Shown: piece by piece, positions 1-9,567 of the stretch
How the letters are laid out: every line of letters starts with the position of its first letter
Numbering within the stretch: the stretch's first letter is position 1
NCBI GenBank assembly: GCA_964560595.1
Contig: CAZLME010000002.1
Location: 1-37,061, forward strand
Direction: 5' to 3'
From: an uncultured Actinomycetota bacterium
Lineage (GTDB): Bacteria; Actinomycetota; Humimicrobiia; Humimicrobiales; Humimicrobiaceae
DNA length: 37,061 nt
Notes under the pieces: generated by a model
What the model was told of the DNA's origin: nothing
The model's input: the letters and a program-made list of their open reading frames with translations, nothing else
Databases searched by the model: none
Position numbers and translations under genes: made by a program

Positions 1-86
1 CGGCTCTGCAGCGAACGAAGTGAGACGAAAGACCAAGTCCCCTCTCTCGCACCATATTCAATTTCGTAAACTCCTGTTATGCTGGT

Positions 87-114
87 TTGTATTTTATTTA
101 TTTTCTATTATAAT
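87..114 (+). promoter_or_regulatory. Possible sigma-70-type promoter for tig
   Basis: TTGTAT (87-92), 16-nt spacer, TATAAT (109-114), about 70 nt upstream of the tig start. This is a sequence-only guess in AT-rich DNA. Confidence 0.3.
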
Positions 115-183
115 ATGTTTCTTAATGCTGATATGGAAATACATACCACTGTTATTTAAGGTGGCTATTTAGGGAGAATTTAT

Positions 184-1605
184 TTGAGTTATAAGATAAA
201 AAACCGGAAAAAAATAGATTTAAATAAAATCAAATTAGAATTAGAGATATCCAACAATTTTTTAAAGAAAAATATTGGTAAGGCTTATAAAAATATATCC
301 GAAAAAACAAATATTCCCGGTTTTAGAAAAGGGAAAATACCGTACCAGGTAATAGATGTAAATTTTGGCAAGCAATATGTACTTAATGAAGCGGCAAGCC
401 TTTCTATTTCCGAATTATATCCGGATATAATCACGGAATCCAGTCTGAATCCGATAGATTACCCGAGGATAAAAATTACACAGCTTAAAGAAGATCTGCC
501 TCTGGGGTTTGAGGTCGAGCTGGAGCTGGAACCCGAGATACAACTGCCCGCTTATAAAGGCATAAAGGTTACCGGTTTTTCTGCGGATGTATCCGATGAA
601 GAGCTGGAGAAGCAGATAGATAATATAAGAAATAATTTTGCATCGCTTGAGCCTATCGAAGATGATAGGCCGGTATTAAAAGGTGATTATGTTACGCTGG
701 ATTTTAATGGTGAAATCGAAGGGAAAGAATTTGAAGGCGGCAGCGCAGAAGATTATCTTTTAGAAGTGGGCTCAAACACTTTATTTATGGAATTTGAAAA
801 TTCACTTGTCGGGATTAAAAAGGGTACTGGTAAAAATTTAACCCTTACATTGCCCGGAGATATAAGGAATAAGGAACTGGCAGGCAAACAGGCAGATTTT
901 AAAATTTTTATAAAGGAAATAAAGAGAAAAGTGCTGCCGGCGTTGGACGGAGAGTTTTTAAAAAATCTTGGAGATTACAAAGACGAAGATGATTTTAAAA
1001 GCAGTATAAGGGAAAGACTGGTTGAACAGAAGAAAAATTTTAGAAGAGCGAAAATAATAGAAGAAGTTTTAAATCATATTATGGATAATATGAAATCCGA
1101 AGTCCCAGGGATAATGATTACCAGAAGAATAAAACAGCTTAATGAAGAGATTGATGAGAACTTAAAGAAGCAGAAGATAACAAAGGAAAATTATCTTAAA
1201 ATGACTAACATTACGGAAAGCCAGTTTGATGAAGAAATCAGGGGCAGGGCGGTAAAAGAAACAAAAGAATATTTAATTTTTAAAGCGTTAGAGAAAGCAG
1301 AAAAGAAGAATACGGAACCTTCGGAAGATGAAATAAATAAGGAGAAGGATAGTATTATAAGCAGTTATAATAAGGAAGCGGATATTCCAAGGATTAAGGA
1401 ATTCCTTGAAAGTACCGACGGGAAAGAAACACTGGTTCAAAGTATAAGAAGAAGAAAGATAATCGATTTATTGGTTAACAGTTCAAAGGTAATAGAAGAG
1501 AAAGATACAGGAGGCAAGGATAAAAAAGAAATATGGACACCTGATAAAAATAAAACAGAATTTGAAAAAAAAGAAGAAAAACTTTGGACGCCTGATTCAA
1601 AGTAA
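184..1605 (+). CDS. tig: Trigger factor (ribosome-associated chaperone / PPIase)
   Basis: 473-aa ORF. It has the N-terminal ribosome-binding signature GFRKGKIP and a central FKBP-like segment ([20 protein letters not shown]). It sits in the conserved tig-clpP-clpX order. TTG start at 184 lies 7 nt after AGGGAG (171-176). Confidence 0.93.
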   Translation: MSYKIKNRKKIDLNKIKLELEISNNFLKKNIGKAYKNISEKTNIPGFRKGKIPYQVIDVNFGKQYVLNEAASLSISELYPDIITESSLNPIDYPRIKITQLKEDLPLGFEVELELEPEIQLPAYKGIKVTGFSADVSDEELEKQIDNIRNNFASLEPIEDDRPVLKGDYVTLDFNGEIEGKEFEGGSAEDYLLEVGSNTLFMEFENSLVGIKKGTGKNLTLTLPGDIRNKELAGKQADFKIFIKEIKRKVLPALDGEFLKNLGDYKDEDDFKSSIRERLVEQKKNFRRAKIIEEVLNHIMDNMKSEVPGIMITRRIKQLNEEIDENLKKQKITKENYLKMTNITESQFDEEIRGRAVKETKEYLIFKALEKAEKKNTEPSEDEINKEKDSIISSYNKEADIPRIKEFLESTDGKETLVQSIRRRKIIDLLVNSSKVIEEKDTGGKDKKEIWTPDKNKTEFEKKEEKLWTPDSK

Positions 1606-1618
1606 ACAAAAAGGTGAG

Positions 1619-2218
1619 ATGATTAAAATGGATAATAATTATTTAATTCCAATGGTAATTGAGCAGACCAACAGGGGCGAGCGTTCTTTTGATATTTATT
1701 CCCGTCTGCTGAAAGAAAGGATAATCTTTCTGGGGGTAGCCATAGATGATAATATCGCCAATGTTGTCATGGCCCAGCTGCTTCATCTGGAAGCGGAAGA
1801 CCCGGAAAAAGATATCCAACTGTATATAAACAGTCCAGGCGGAGTAGTGACTTCCGCCCTTGCGGTATATGATACCATGCAGTTTATAAAGTCTTCTGTG
1901 TCCACTATCTGTATTGGCCAGGCTGCAAGTGCGGCTGCGGTTTTGCTTCTGGCAGGGGAGAAGGGTAAGAGGTTTTCACTGCCCAATTCAAGAGTTATGC
2001 TCCATCAACCGTCAGGAGGCGTATCGGGGACAACTGTTGATGTTGAGATCCATGCGAAAGAGATGGTAAGGATAAGAGCTCTTCTAAATGAAATAATTGC
2101 CAAGCATACGGGCCAGAGTGTAAAAAAGATAGAGATGGACACCGAAAGGGATTTTATTCTAAACGCGGAAGAAGCCAAAAAATACGGAATAGTGGATGAG
2201 GTCATTTATAAAAAATAA
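1619..2218 (+). CDS. clpP: ATP-dependent Clp protease proteolytic subunit
   Basis: Typical ClpP sequence: [15 protein letters not shown] with the catalytic Ser, MLHQPSGG with the catalytic His. I trimmed the track ORF (1562) to the in-frame ATG at 1619, which follows AAAGGTGAG. The 1562 start would add a poly-Lys leader overlapping the tig 3' end. Confidence 0.95.
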   Translation: MIKMDNNYLIPMVIEQTNRGERSFDIYSRLLKERIIFLGVAIDDNIANVVMAQLLHLEAEDPEKDIQLYINSPGGVVTSALAVYDTMQFIKSSVSTICIGQAASAAAVLLLAGEKGKRFSLPNSRVMLHQPSGGVSGTTVDVEIHAKEMVRIRALLNEIIAKHTGQSVKKIEMDTERDFILNAEEAKKYGIVDEVIYKK

Positions 2219-2297
2219 TGATAAATAATATTTCATTAAGGATAACGGTATATTAATTTTAAAATAACAATATTTCTGTTAACAATATTAATAAGGA

Positions 2298-3590
2298 GTG
2301 TGTATAAATTTGTCTTCAGATGAAAGGAAAAAAAGCGATTTCTTAAAATGTTCATTTTGCGGTAAGTCGCAGAATCAGGTAAAGAAACTGATTGTGGGAC
2401 CGGGAGTTTATGTCTGCAATGAGTGTGTGGATCTATGTAATGAGATTATTGATGAAGAATTAAAGGAACAGAAGAAAGTTGATTTTAAAAATCTCCCAAA
2501 GCCAAAAGGAATATATTCAATTTTAAATGAGTATGTCATCGGACAGGAAAGTGCAAAAAAGGTTCTGTCTGTAGCGGTATATAATCATTACAAGAGGATA
2601 AAATATGAGGACAGGCTGGCTCAGGATGATACGGAAATACAGAAAAGTAATATTCTACTGATAGGGCCCACGGGCTGTGGCAAGACTCTTCTTGCCCAGA
2701 CTCTGGCAAGAATATTAAATGTTCCGTTTTGCATTGCCGATGCGACATCACTAACGGAAGCGGGTTATGTCGGGGAAGATGTTGAGAATATATTATTAAA
2801 ATTAATACAGGCAGCAGATTTTGATATTAAAAGGGCTGAAACAGGGATTATTTATCTGGATGAAATAGATAAAATCAGCCGTAAATCAGAAAATCCATCC
2901 ATCACAAGAGATGTATCGGGAGAAGGGGTGCAGCAGGCGCTGCTTAAAATCCTGGAAGGGACTGAGGCCAATGTCCCGCCGCAGGGCGGCAGAAAACACC
3001 CCCATCAGGATTTTATACAGATTAACACCAGTAACATTCTTTTTATTTGCGGGGGTTCCTTCAGCGGTCTGGAAAAAATAATTGAAAATAGGATAAATGA
3101 GAGCAGTGTTGGTTTCATTTCAAGAAAAATTTCAACAAAAGTAGAAAAGATCGACAAACTTCTTCCACAGGTTATGCCGGAAGATCTGTTAAAATATGGT
3201 TTAATCCCTGAGCTTATCGGGAGACTGCCTGTTGTAAGCACTCTATCCAATCTTACAGAGGATGATTTAATAAGAATCCTGATTGAACCAAAAAATTCAC
3301 TGATAAAGCAGTACAGAAAGATGTTTAAAATGGATAATGTCGAACTGGATTTTACAGATGATGCATTAGTAGAAATTTCAAAGCGGGCTTTGCAAAGAGG
3401 GACAGGAGCAAGAGGCCTCAGGGCGATTATGGAAGAGATTATGCTAAATATAATGTTTGAAATACCCGAACGCAGTGACATCGGTAAATGTATAATAACC
3501 AGGGAAGTTGTTGAGAATAAAATTGAACCCGAAGTATTGACGAGATCGAATAAAAAAGTATTTTTAAAAGATGAGGAAAAATCAGCCTAA
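2298..3590 (+). CDS. clpX: ATP-dependent Clp protease ATP-binding subunit ClpX
   Basis: N-terminal C4 zinc finger (CSFCGK...CNEC), Walker A GPTGCGKT, pore loop GYVGED, Walker [10 protein letters not shown]. The start is ambiguous: GTG 2298, or in-frame TTG 2310 placed 11 nt after AAGGAG (2293-2298). Confidence 0.95.
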   Translation: MCINLSSDERKKSDFLKCSFCGKSQNQVKKLIVGPGVYVCNECVDLCNEIIDEELKEQKKVDFKNLPKPKGIYSILNEYVIGQESAKKVLSVAVYNHYKRIKYEDRLAQDDTEIQKSNILLIGPTGCGKTLLAQTLARILNVPFCIADATSLTEAGYVGEDVENILLKLIQAADFDIKRAETGIIYLDEIDKISRKSENPSITRDVSGEGVQQALLKILEGTEANVPPQGGRKHPHQDFIQINTSNILFICGGSFSGLEKIIENRINESSVGFISRKISTKVEKIDKLLPQVMPEDLLKYGLIPELIGRLPVVSTLSNLTEDDLIRILIEPKNSLIKQYRKMFKMDNVELDFTDDALVEISKRALQRGTGARGLRAIMEEIMLNIMFEIPERSDIGKCIITREVVENKIEPEVLTRSNKKVFLKDEEKSA

Positions 3591-6273
3591 AATGTTTGAC
3601 GGAATTGAAGGTAAGTACGACCCAGCACTATTTGAAGAGGAAATTTATGACTACTGGCTAAAAAAAAAGTACTTTTCTGCAAAAATAGATAAATCAAAAG
3701 TCCCGTTCAGCATAGTAATACCCCCTCCCAATGTAACTGGCTATCTCCATATGGGTCATGCCCTCAACAATACGCTGCAGGATATAATCACAAGATACAG
3801 GAGAATGAAGGGATATAATACTACCTGGGTGCCCGGTACGGATCATGCCGGAATAGCTACGCAGAATGTAGTGGAAAAAGCCCTGGAAAAGAAAAATATA
3901 AACAGGTTCCAGCTTGGCAGGGAAAAGTTTGTTAACGAGGCATGGAGATGGAAAGATAAATACGGCAGCCGGATTATAGATCAATTAAAATCACTGGGGT
4001 GCTCATGTGACTGGGACAGGCAAAGATTTACTTTTGACCAGAGATATATAAAAGCAGTAACTAAAGAATTTGTTGCCCTGTATAAAGATGGGCTTATTTA
4101 TAAGGGGAATTACATGATCAACTGGTGTCCCAGGTGCCGGACAGCGATTTCAGATATCGAGGTTGAGCATGTAGAAAAAAAAGGAAACCTCTGGGACATC
4201 AAATACCCTTTAATTAACCGGGAAACCGGTAAACCCGACAGCAGTGAGTTTATAATTGTATCAACCACCAGGCCCGAAACCATGCTTGGAGATACAGCGG
4301 TTGCTGTCAATCCCCGCGATAAGAGATACAGGAAATATAAAGGCAGGCATGTATTCCTCCCGCTTATGGAAAGGAATATACCGCTTGTGGAAGATGATTT
4401 TGTGGATATGGAATTTGGAAGCGGCGCGGTTAAGGTTACTCCTGCCCATGACCCCAATGATTTTGAAATCGGTAAAAGACATAATTTAGAGGAAATAAAT
4501 ATATTTGAAGCAGATGCAAGCCTGAACTCCAATGCGGGAAAATATAAAGGTATGGATCGTTATATTGCAAGACAGAAAGTCCTTAAGGATCTGGAAAAAC
4601 AGGGTTATCTTAAAGGCAAGAATACACACATATCATCAATCGGGATCTGTTCGAGATGCGGCACAACAGTAGAACCCAGGATTTCAATGCAGTGGTTCGT
4701 GTCCATGAAGAAACTGGCCGGTCCTGCTATTGAAGCGGTAAGAGATGGAAGAGTAAAAATAATACCGGAAAAGTGGGAAAAAATATATTTTGACTGGATG
4801 GATAATATTAAAGACTGGTGCATATCCCGTCAATTATGGTGGGGACACAGGATTCCGGTATGGTACTGCAAAGATTGCGGTAAAATGATAGTCAGCGAAG
4901 AAAAACCTTTAAACTGTCCGGAGTGCGCTGGCAGCAAACTTGAACAGGACCAGGATGTTCTTGATACATGGTTCAGTTCCTGCCTGTGGCCTTTTGCGGT
5001 TTTTGGCTGGCCCGAAAAAACCGGAGACCTGGAATATTTTTTCCCCACTGATACACTCGTAACGGCCCATGATATTATTTTCTTCTGGGTGGCCAGGATG
5101 ATTATGATGAGCCTGTATTTTATGAAAGACGTTCCATTTAAAGAAGTCTTTATAAACCCCCTGGTAAATGATGCATCCGGTCAGAAAATGAGTAAATCCA
5201 GGGGCAATGTTGTGGACCCGATGGATATAATCGAAAAAAAGGGAGCGGATGTTTTAAGATTTACGCTGGCATCCCTGACGACCCCGGGCAGGAATTTAAT
5301 ACTGGGTGATGAAAAAATTGAAGGAATAAGGAATTTTGCAAATAAATTATGGAACGGGTCAAAATTTGTTATATCAAACTTAAATGAAGAAATATATTTT
5401 GAAGATACAGGGCCCGGACAGCTAGATTTGAATCTCTTGGACAGGTGGATAATATCAAGATTAAATAGGGTAGTAAAAGGGGTTGAAAAATATCTGGCGA
5501 AGTATAATTTTTCTTTTGCTTCAAAACTGCTCTGGAATTTTTTCTGGAATGATTACTGTGATTGGTATATTGAATCGGCAAAGGTCAGGATTTACTCGGG
5601 AAAAGACAATAATGATAAAAAAAATGCATTATTTATATTATGGTATACTCTTGAAAAATATCTTAAGGTCCTCCACCCTTTTATGCCTTTTATGACTGAA
5701 AAGATATGGCAGAATATTCCGCATAAGGGGGAAAGCATATCGGTAACGGATTTTCCCGAATTTGAACAAGTAATGGTAAATCCGGCAATTGAAGATAAAA
5801 TAAAAGTACTTTTTAATGTCATTAGCGAGATAAGAAAAATCAGATCGGAACTTCAGATAAATCCTGCAAAAAAGGTAAGAATCAGCCTGAAAACTGATGA
5901 CAACAGCAAAAAGGAATTGCTCGCCGATAATGAAAAATATATTTGCAGTCTGGCAAAAACAACCAGGGTGGAATTTACAGATTGCAGTGGTGAGGAAGGG
6001 TATATTAAGACTGCGATAGAAAATATTGATATATTTATCTATATCCTTGATGCAGTTAATATAGAGCTGGAAACCAGGAGAATAAAAGACCGGATTAAAA
6101 AAGTAAAGCTGGATGTGGAAAAAAGCAGAAAAAAAATATCAAATATAGATTTTATTAAAAAAGCGCCTGCCGGGATAATAAAAAAGGAAAAAGATAAACT
6201 CAAATCAGCAGATAAAATCTTAAAAGTATTAAGCGAGCAGCTGGCAAGAATTGAAGATATTGGTATCAGTTAA
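3571..6273 (+). CDS. valS: Valine--tRNA ligase
   Basis: 900-aa class I aaRS. HIGH-type motif [18 protein letters not shown] motif (QKMSKSRGN), editing-domain region and a C-terminal coiled coil. ATG 3571 overlaps clpX by 20 nt. An alternative in-frame ATG at 3592 lies 1 nt after the clpX stop. Confidence 0.95.
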   Translation: MRKNQPKMFDGIEGKYDPALFEEEIYDYWLKKKYFSAKIDKSKVPFSIVIPPPNVTGYLHMGHALNNTLQDIITRYRRMKGYNTTWVPGTDHAGIATQNVVEKALEKKNINRFQLGREKFVNEAWRWKDKYGSRIIDQLKSLGCSCDWDRQRFTFDQRYIKAVTKEFVALYKDGLIYKGNYMINWCPRCRTAISDIEVEHVEKKGNLWDIKYPLINRETGKPDSSEFIIVSTTRPETMLGDTAVAVNPRDKRYRKYKGRHVFLPLMERNIPLVEDDFVDMEFGSGAVKVTPAHDPNDFEIGKRHNLEEINIFEADASLNSNAGKYKGMDRYIARQKVLKDLEKQGYLKGKNTHISSIGICSRCGTTVEPRISMQWFVSMKKLAGPAIEAVRDGRVKIIPEKWEKIYFDWMDNIKDWCISRQLWWGHRIPVWYCKDCGKMIVSEEKPLNCPECAGSKLEQDQDVLDTWFSSCLWPFAVFGWPEKTGDLEYFFPTDTLVTAHDIIFFWVARMIMMSLYFMKDVPFKEVFINPLVNDASGQKMSKSRGNVVDPMDIIEKKGADVLRFTLASLTTPGRNLILGDEKIEGIRNFANKLWNGSKFVISNLNEEIYFEDTGPGQLDLNLLDRWIISRLNRVVKGVEKYLAKYNFSFASKLLWNFFWNDYCDWYIESAKVRIYSGKDNNDKKNALFILWYTLEKYLKVLHPFMPFMTEKIWQNIPHKGESISVTDFPEFEQVMVNPAIEDKIKVLFNVISEIRKIRSELQINPAKKVRISLKTDDNSKKELLADNEKYICSLAKTTRVEFTDCSGEEGYIKTAIENIDIFIYILDAVNIELETRRIKDRIKKVKLDVEKSRKKISNIDFIKKAPAGIIKKEKDKLKSADKILKVLSEQLARIEDIGIS

Positions 6274-6308
6274 TAAATAATAATTGTAATTAAAGTGAGA
6301 AATAGTGG

Positions 6309-7625
6309 ATGGAATACGGACAGGTATGCAAATATTTAGACGATTGCCTGATTTTCGGAATAAAACCGGGTCTTGTAAGGATAAAAAAGATTCTGGAGCT
6401 TCTGGATGATCCTCAAAAAAAGGTAGAATTTATTCATGTTGTCGGTACAAACGGTAAAACATCTACAACCGGCATCACTGCAAGAATATTAAAATATCAT
6501 GGTATTAAAACCGCTTATTATATTTCTCCCCATATAAACAGTTATACCGAGAGGATCTGGTTAAACGGGAAGGATGTTTCTAGAAAAAAATTTTCTAAAA
6601 ACTTTGACCGGATATACCCCTATATCAAAGATGTAAATAAAATGAATCTTAAAGGGCCGCTTACTCAATTTGAAATAATTACAGCAATGGCGTTCAAGCT
6701 GGCAGAAGATGAGGGTATTGAAGCTATGGTACTTGAAGCGGGAATGGGCGGAAGATGGGATGCCACCAATATTGCCGATTCAAAAGTAGCCGGGCTTACA
6801 GGTGTAAGTCTGGAACACACAGAGTTACTTGGCGGTACCGTAGAAAAAATAGCTTCCGAGAAAGTGGAAGTCATAAAGAAAAATGCACTGGTTGCTACAA
6901 CATGCTGCGATAAAGAAGTTCTTCAAATCCTGGCCCAAAAAGTGGAAGATACTGATTCCATGCTTTTTTTATATGGCAAAGATTTTTATGTACAAAAAAA
7001 AGTGAACCTGGGGCTCAGAGGGTGGCTGCTTGATATTAAGGGAGTAAAAAATATTTACAGAGACATAAAACTGCCTATCCCGGGTGATTATCAGCCTTTA
7101 AATCTATCCCTGGGCATAGTACTTGCGGAATTATACATGAAAACTAAAAATAAAGAATTGATTGAAAAAAAGGTAAGAGAAAGTCTTAAATATCTGAAGG
7201 TAAAAGGGAGATTTGAGATTATAAGGGAAAAGCCACTTATAATAGCGGATGCCAGTCATAATCCTGAAGGAATAGAAAACTTTGTTAAAAATATTAACTG
7301 TTATTTTGGCAGCCATAAAAAAATAATAATTTTTGCAGTTTTAAAGGATAAAGATTATGGAAATATGGTCAAAAAAATAATAGGCGCAAGTGATGTTTTA
7401 ATTTTAACTTCCAGTTTGACAGAAAGGAGCCTGAATACTGGCAGGCTGGAAGAAGTGGTAAAAGAAAAAATAAAAGAACTTACAAACGGAGGCAGACGTA
7501 AGGTTGAACTATATAAGATGAATAATATAGAAAATTCTATAAAATTTGCTTTAAAAATTTCCGGTATAAATGATATCATATGCATTACTGGTTCTATAAC
7601 TAATCTTGAGAATATTGTAAAGTAG
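6309..7625 (+). CDS. folC: Folylpolyglutamate synthase / dihydrofolate synthase (Mur-ligase family)
   Basis: 438 aa with Mur-ligase P-loop VGTNGKTST. The conserved valS-folC adjacency supports the call. Confidence 0.85.
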   Translation: MEYGQVCKYLDDCLIFGIKPGLVRIKKILELLDDPQKKVEFIHVVGTNGKTSTTGITARILKYHGIKTAYYISPHINSYTERIWLNGKDVSRKKFSKNFDRIYPYIKDVNKMNLKGPLTQFEIITAMAFKLAEDEGIEAMVLEAGMGGRWDATNIADSKVAGLTGVSLEHTELLGGTVEKIASEKVEVIKKNALVATTCCDKEVLQILAQKVEDTDSMLFLYGKDFYVQKKVNLGLRGWLLDIKGVKNIYRDIKLPIPGDYQPLNLSLGIVLAELYMKTKNKELIEKKVRESLKYLKVKGRFEIIREKPLIIADASHNPEGIENFVKNINCYFGSHKKIIIFAVLKDKDYGNMVKKIIGASDVLILTSSLTERSLNTGRLEEVVKEKIKELTNGGRRKVELYKMNNIENSIKFALKISGINDIICITGSITNLENIVK

Positions 7626-7683
7626 ATATTTTTTAAAAGGACCTGTATGGATAAACAATATACAAAATTAACATGGAGGATTA

Positions 7684-8142
7684 ATGGATTTATTTAAGTA
7701 TGTTAATGATATTATGGCTTTTTTTAAACTTCCCATATGGAGATATTTAATTTATGGCCTGATTTTTATTTTGGTTATAATCTGGCTTGCTTTTATCTAC
7801 TGGACTTATAGGGATGCAAGGCTCAGAAGTGAGACTATAACACCTGCCATTTTTTGGGCATTTATTGTGCTAATACTGAACTTTTTAGGATTAATCCTGT
7901 ATTTAATATTAAGACCTCCGGAATATATAGATGACGTAATTGAAAGGGACCTGGAAATTGAAAAAATGGAGATGCTGCTTAATAGCAAACAATCCAGCTG
8001 TCCTGCATGCGGGAGTCCCGTAAATGATGATTTTTTAATCTGTCCTTACTGCAGAAAGAAATTAAAAAGTTCCTGTATAAGCTGCGGCAAACCTTTAAAT
8101 TTAAACTGGAAAGTTTGTCCATACTGCAAGAGCACACAGTAA
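7684..8142 (+). CDS. Small membrane protein: two-TM PLDc_N-like anchor fused to a double zinc ribbon; function unknown
   Basis: 152 aa. Two hydrophobic helices with the PLDc_N-like pattern (W..IVLILNFLGLILYLILRP). The C-terminal part has four Cys pairs (CPACG, CPYC, CISCG, CPYC). GGAGG lies directly upstream of the ATG. Confidence 0.6.
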   Translation: MDLFKYVNDIMAFFKLPIWRYLIYGLIFILVIIWLAFIYWTYRDARLRSETITPAIFWAFIVLILNFLGLILYLILRPPEYIDDVIERDLEIEKMEMLLNSKQSSCPACGSPVNDDFLICPYCRKKLKSSCISCGKPLNLNWKVCPYCKSTQ

Positions 8143-8167
8143 ATTATTTAACAATGGGGAGCAGTTT

Positions 8168-8626
8168 TTGATGGAGAAATGCAAGAGTAATCATGGGGAA
8201 AGCGTATCCGGAGATGTCGAAAGCAGTATCGAGAAGAGTCTGGTTATAATAAAACCTGACGGAGTAAAGAAAAAAATTATCGGAGAGATTATATCCCGTT
8301 TTGAGAAAGAAAACCTGACCATAGAGAAAATAAAAATAGTAAAAATCAGCCGGGAACTTGCATTCAGGCATTACCGGGAGCATAAGGATAAAAATTTTTT
8401 TAATATATTGATTGATTATATAACTTCCGGACCATCGGTGATCATGGTTCTCAGTGGAGAAAATACGATTTCCAGGATAAGGGAATTAATGGGACCAACT
8501 GATTCCAGAAAAGCAGGAAAAGGGACAATAAGAGGTGATTTTGGAGTTGATATTACTGTAAATGTGATACATGGGTCGGATTCTCTGGAGAGCGCCAAAA
8601 GAGAAATTGAATTATTTTTTAAATAA
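8168..8626 (+). CDS. ndk: Nucleoside diphosphate kinase
   Basis: LVIIKPDG, YITSGP, and NVIHGSDS containing the active-site His. About 20 extra N-terminal residues precede the canonical start region. Start is TTG 8168 or ATG 8171. Confidence 0.9.
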   Translation: MMEKCKSNHGESVSGDVESSIEKSLVIIKPDGVKKKIIGEIISRFEKENLTIEKIKIVKISRELAFRHYREHKDKNFFNILIDYITSGPSVIMVLSGENTISRIRELMGPTDSRKAGKGTIRGDFGVDITVNVIHGSDSLESAKREIELFFK

Positions 8627-8687
8627 AAAGCGGAGGCTAAAAGAGTTAGAGGCCCAAAGAGTGGGCAATACATGATTTAAAAGGTGA

Positions 8688-8945
8688 ATGATGGGAAAAA
8701 GAAGAGGTATAATAGTTTTTTTCATAGTGTTGTTTGGGGGTATATTAGGAGCTGTTTTGGGTCACGTCTTGAAAGATGTAGTTCCGATTCTGGATAAGGG
8801 ATTAAAAGTGGGCACAGATTCCCTTAGTCTTAATTTGTATTTGATAGATATAAGTTTCGGCATACATGTGAACATTACTCTGTGCGCTATAATAGGGATA
8901 CTTATTGCTTTTTTATTGGCTGATGTTGGAAGAAGAAGATCATAA
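8688..8945 (+). CDS. Small membrane protein, DUF4321-like
   Basis: 85 aa with N- and C-terminal hydrophobic helices. Its position immediately upstream of maf matches my recollection of the DUF4321 family. The family call is from memory. Confidence 0.55.
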   Translation: MMGKRRGIIVFFIVLFGGILGAVLGHVLKDVVPILDKGLKVGTDSLSLNLYLIDISFGIHVNITLCAIIGILIAFLLADVGRRRS

Positions 8946-9558
8946 AAAAGAACTAATTCTGGCTTCTGCTTCTCCAAGAAGAACAAAAATACTTGAGCTC
9001 TTTGGAATGGATTTCAAAGTAATCAGACCGGAGAATTTTGAAGAGAAGCAGTATAAAAATCCCTACAGAACAGTTGCATGGAATAGTATAGCTAAAGCCA
9101 AAAATGTTTATAATTATATTAAGAAACAGAACCCTGAAAAAGAGAAATTAGATTACAGAAGAGGATTTCTAATTGCTGGTTTTGATACCATCATGTATAT
9201 AAACAGGAAATATATGGGTAAACCGGTTGATAGAGAACAGGCAATTAGTTTTTTAAGTATTCTTTCAGGGAAAATTCATAAGGTAATAACCGGAGTCTGT
9301 GTTTTAGAGAGTATTTCGGGTAAGTATATTTATAATACTGTGACTACCAGGGTTAAATTCCGGAAGTTGACTGCAGATGAGATTGAAAAATATGTAGATA
9401 GGGAGAATGTACTTGATAAAGCAGGTGCTTATAATGTACTTGGATATGGAAGTTTGCTGGTGGAGAAAATAAGCGGCTGTTTTTATAATATAGCAGGAAT
9501 TCCTGTAGCTAAATTTGTAGACTTATTAAGGGAATTTGGATTTAATGTTATTGGTTAA
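8923..9558 (+). CDS. maf: Maf-family nucleoside triphosphate pyrophosphatase
   Basis: LILASASPRR N-terminal motif, GFDT (Asp retained), DKAGAY. I trimmed the track ORF (8905) to the in-frame ATG at 8923, which overlaps the upstream gene by 23 nt. Confidence 0.85.
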   Translation: MLEEEDHKKELILASASPRRTKILELFGMDFKVIRPENFEEKQYKNPYRTVAWNSIAKAKNVYNYIKKQNPEKEKLDYRRGFLIAGFDTIMYINRKYMGKPVDREQAISFLSILSGKIHKVITGVCVLESISGKYIYNTVTTRVKFRKLTADEIEKYVDRENVLDKAGAYNVLGYGSLLVEKISGCFYNIAGIPVAKFVDLLREFGFNVIG

Positions 9559-9567
9559 TTTAAGGAG

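Noticed and set aside
1-54. tRNA or tmRNA 3' end, suggested by the terminal CACCA; also resemblance of GAACGAAGTGAGACG to conserved 5S/23S rRNA strings.
   Set aside because: With CCA at 52-54, the putative T-stem strands (gaaag / cccct) do not pair, and the loop (accaagt) lacks the invariant T-Psi-C. The rRNA-like strings differ too much from universally conserved rRNA sequence, and the flanks are AT-rich non-rRNA.
1562-1618. The clpP frame is open 57 nt upstream of its ATG and overlaps the tig 3' end, which contains an A8 run (1566-1573). This raised the possibility of a frameshift fusion of trigger factor to ClpP.
   Set aside because: Moving from the tig frame to the clpP frame needs a +1 shift, which A-runs do not favour. 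clpP has its own good RBS and ATG at 1619, and the upstream extension codes only poly-Lys. I treat it as coincidence.
1606-2297. I looked for CtsR heptad repeats or a CIRCE inverted repeat controlling clpP and clpX.
   Set aside because: No GGTCAAA direct repeats or TTAGCACTC-N9-GAGTGCTAA-like palindrome are present in the tig, clpP or clpX upstream regions. Only the unrelated TAACAATATT repeat was seen, and it is reported separately.
3005-3481. Long antisense ORFs inside well-supported genes. Examples: 3005-3481 in clpX, 4110-4532 in valS, 10164-10595 in mreB, 18637-19035 in rng, 22665-23102 in the second dehydrogenase, 25546-25989 in proB, 27432-27875 in nadD, 31418-31909 in leuS, 35028-35435 in comEC, 26045-26353 in proA.
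   Set aside because: All lie entirely within strongly motif-supported sense genes. Their translations are low-complexity (Ser/Ile/Leu/Phe-rich) with no recognisable motifs, and they lack a ribosome-binding site. This is typical shadow-ORF behaviour.
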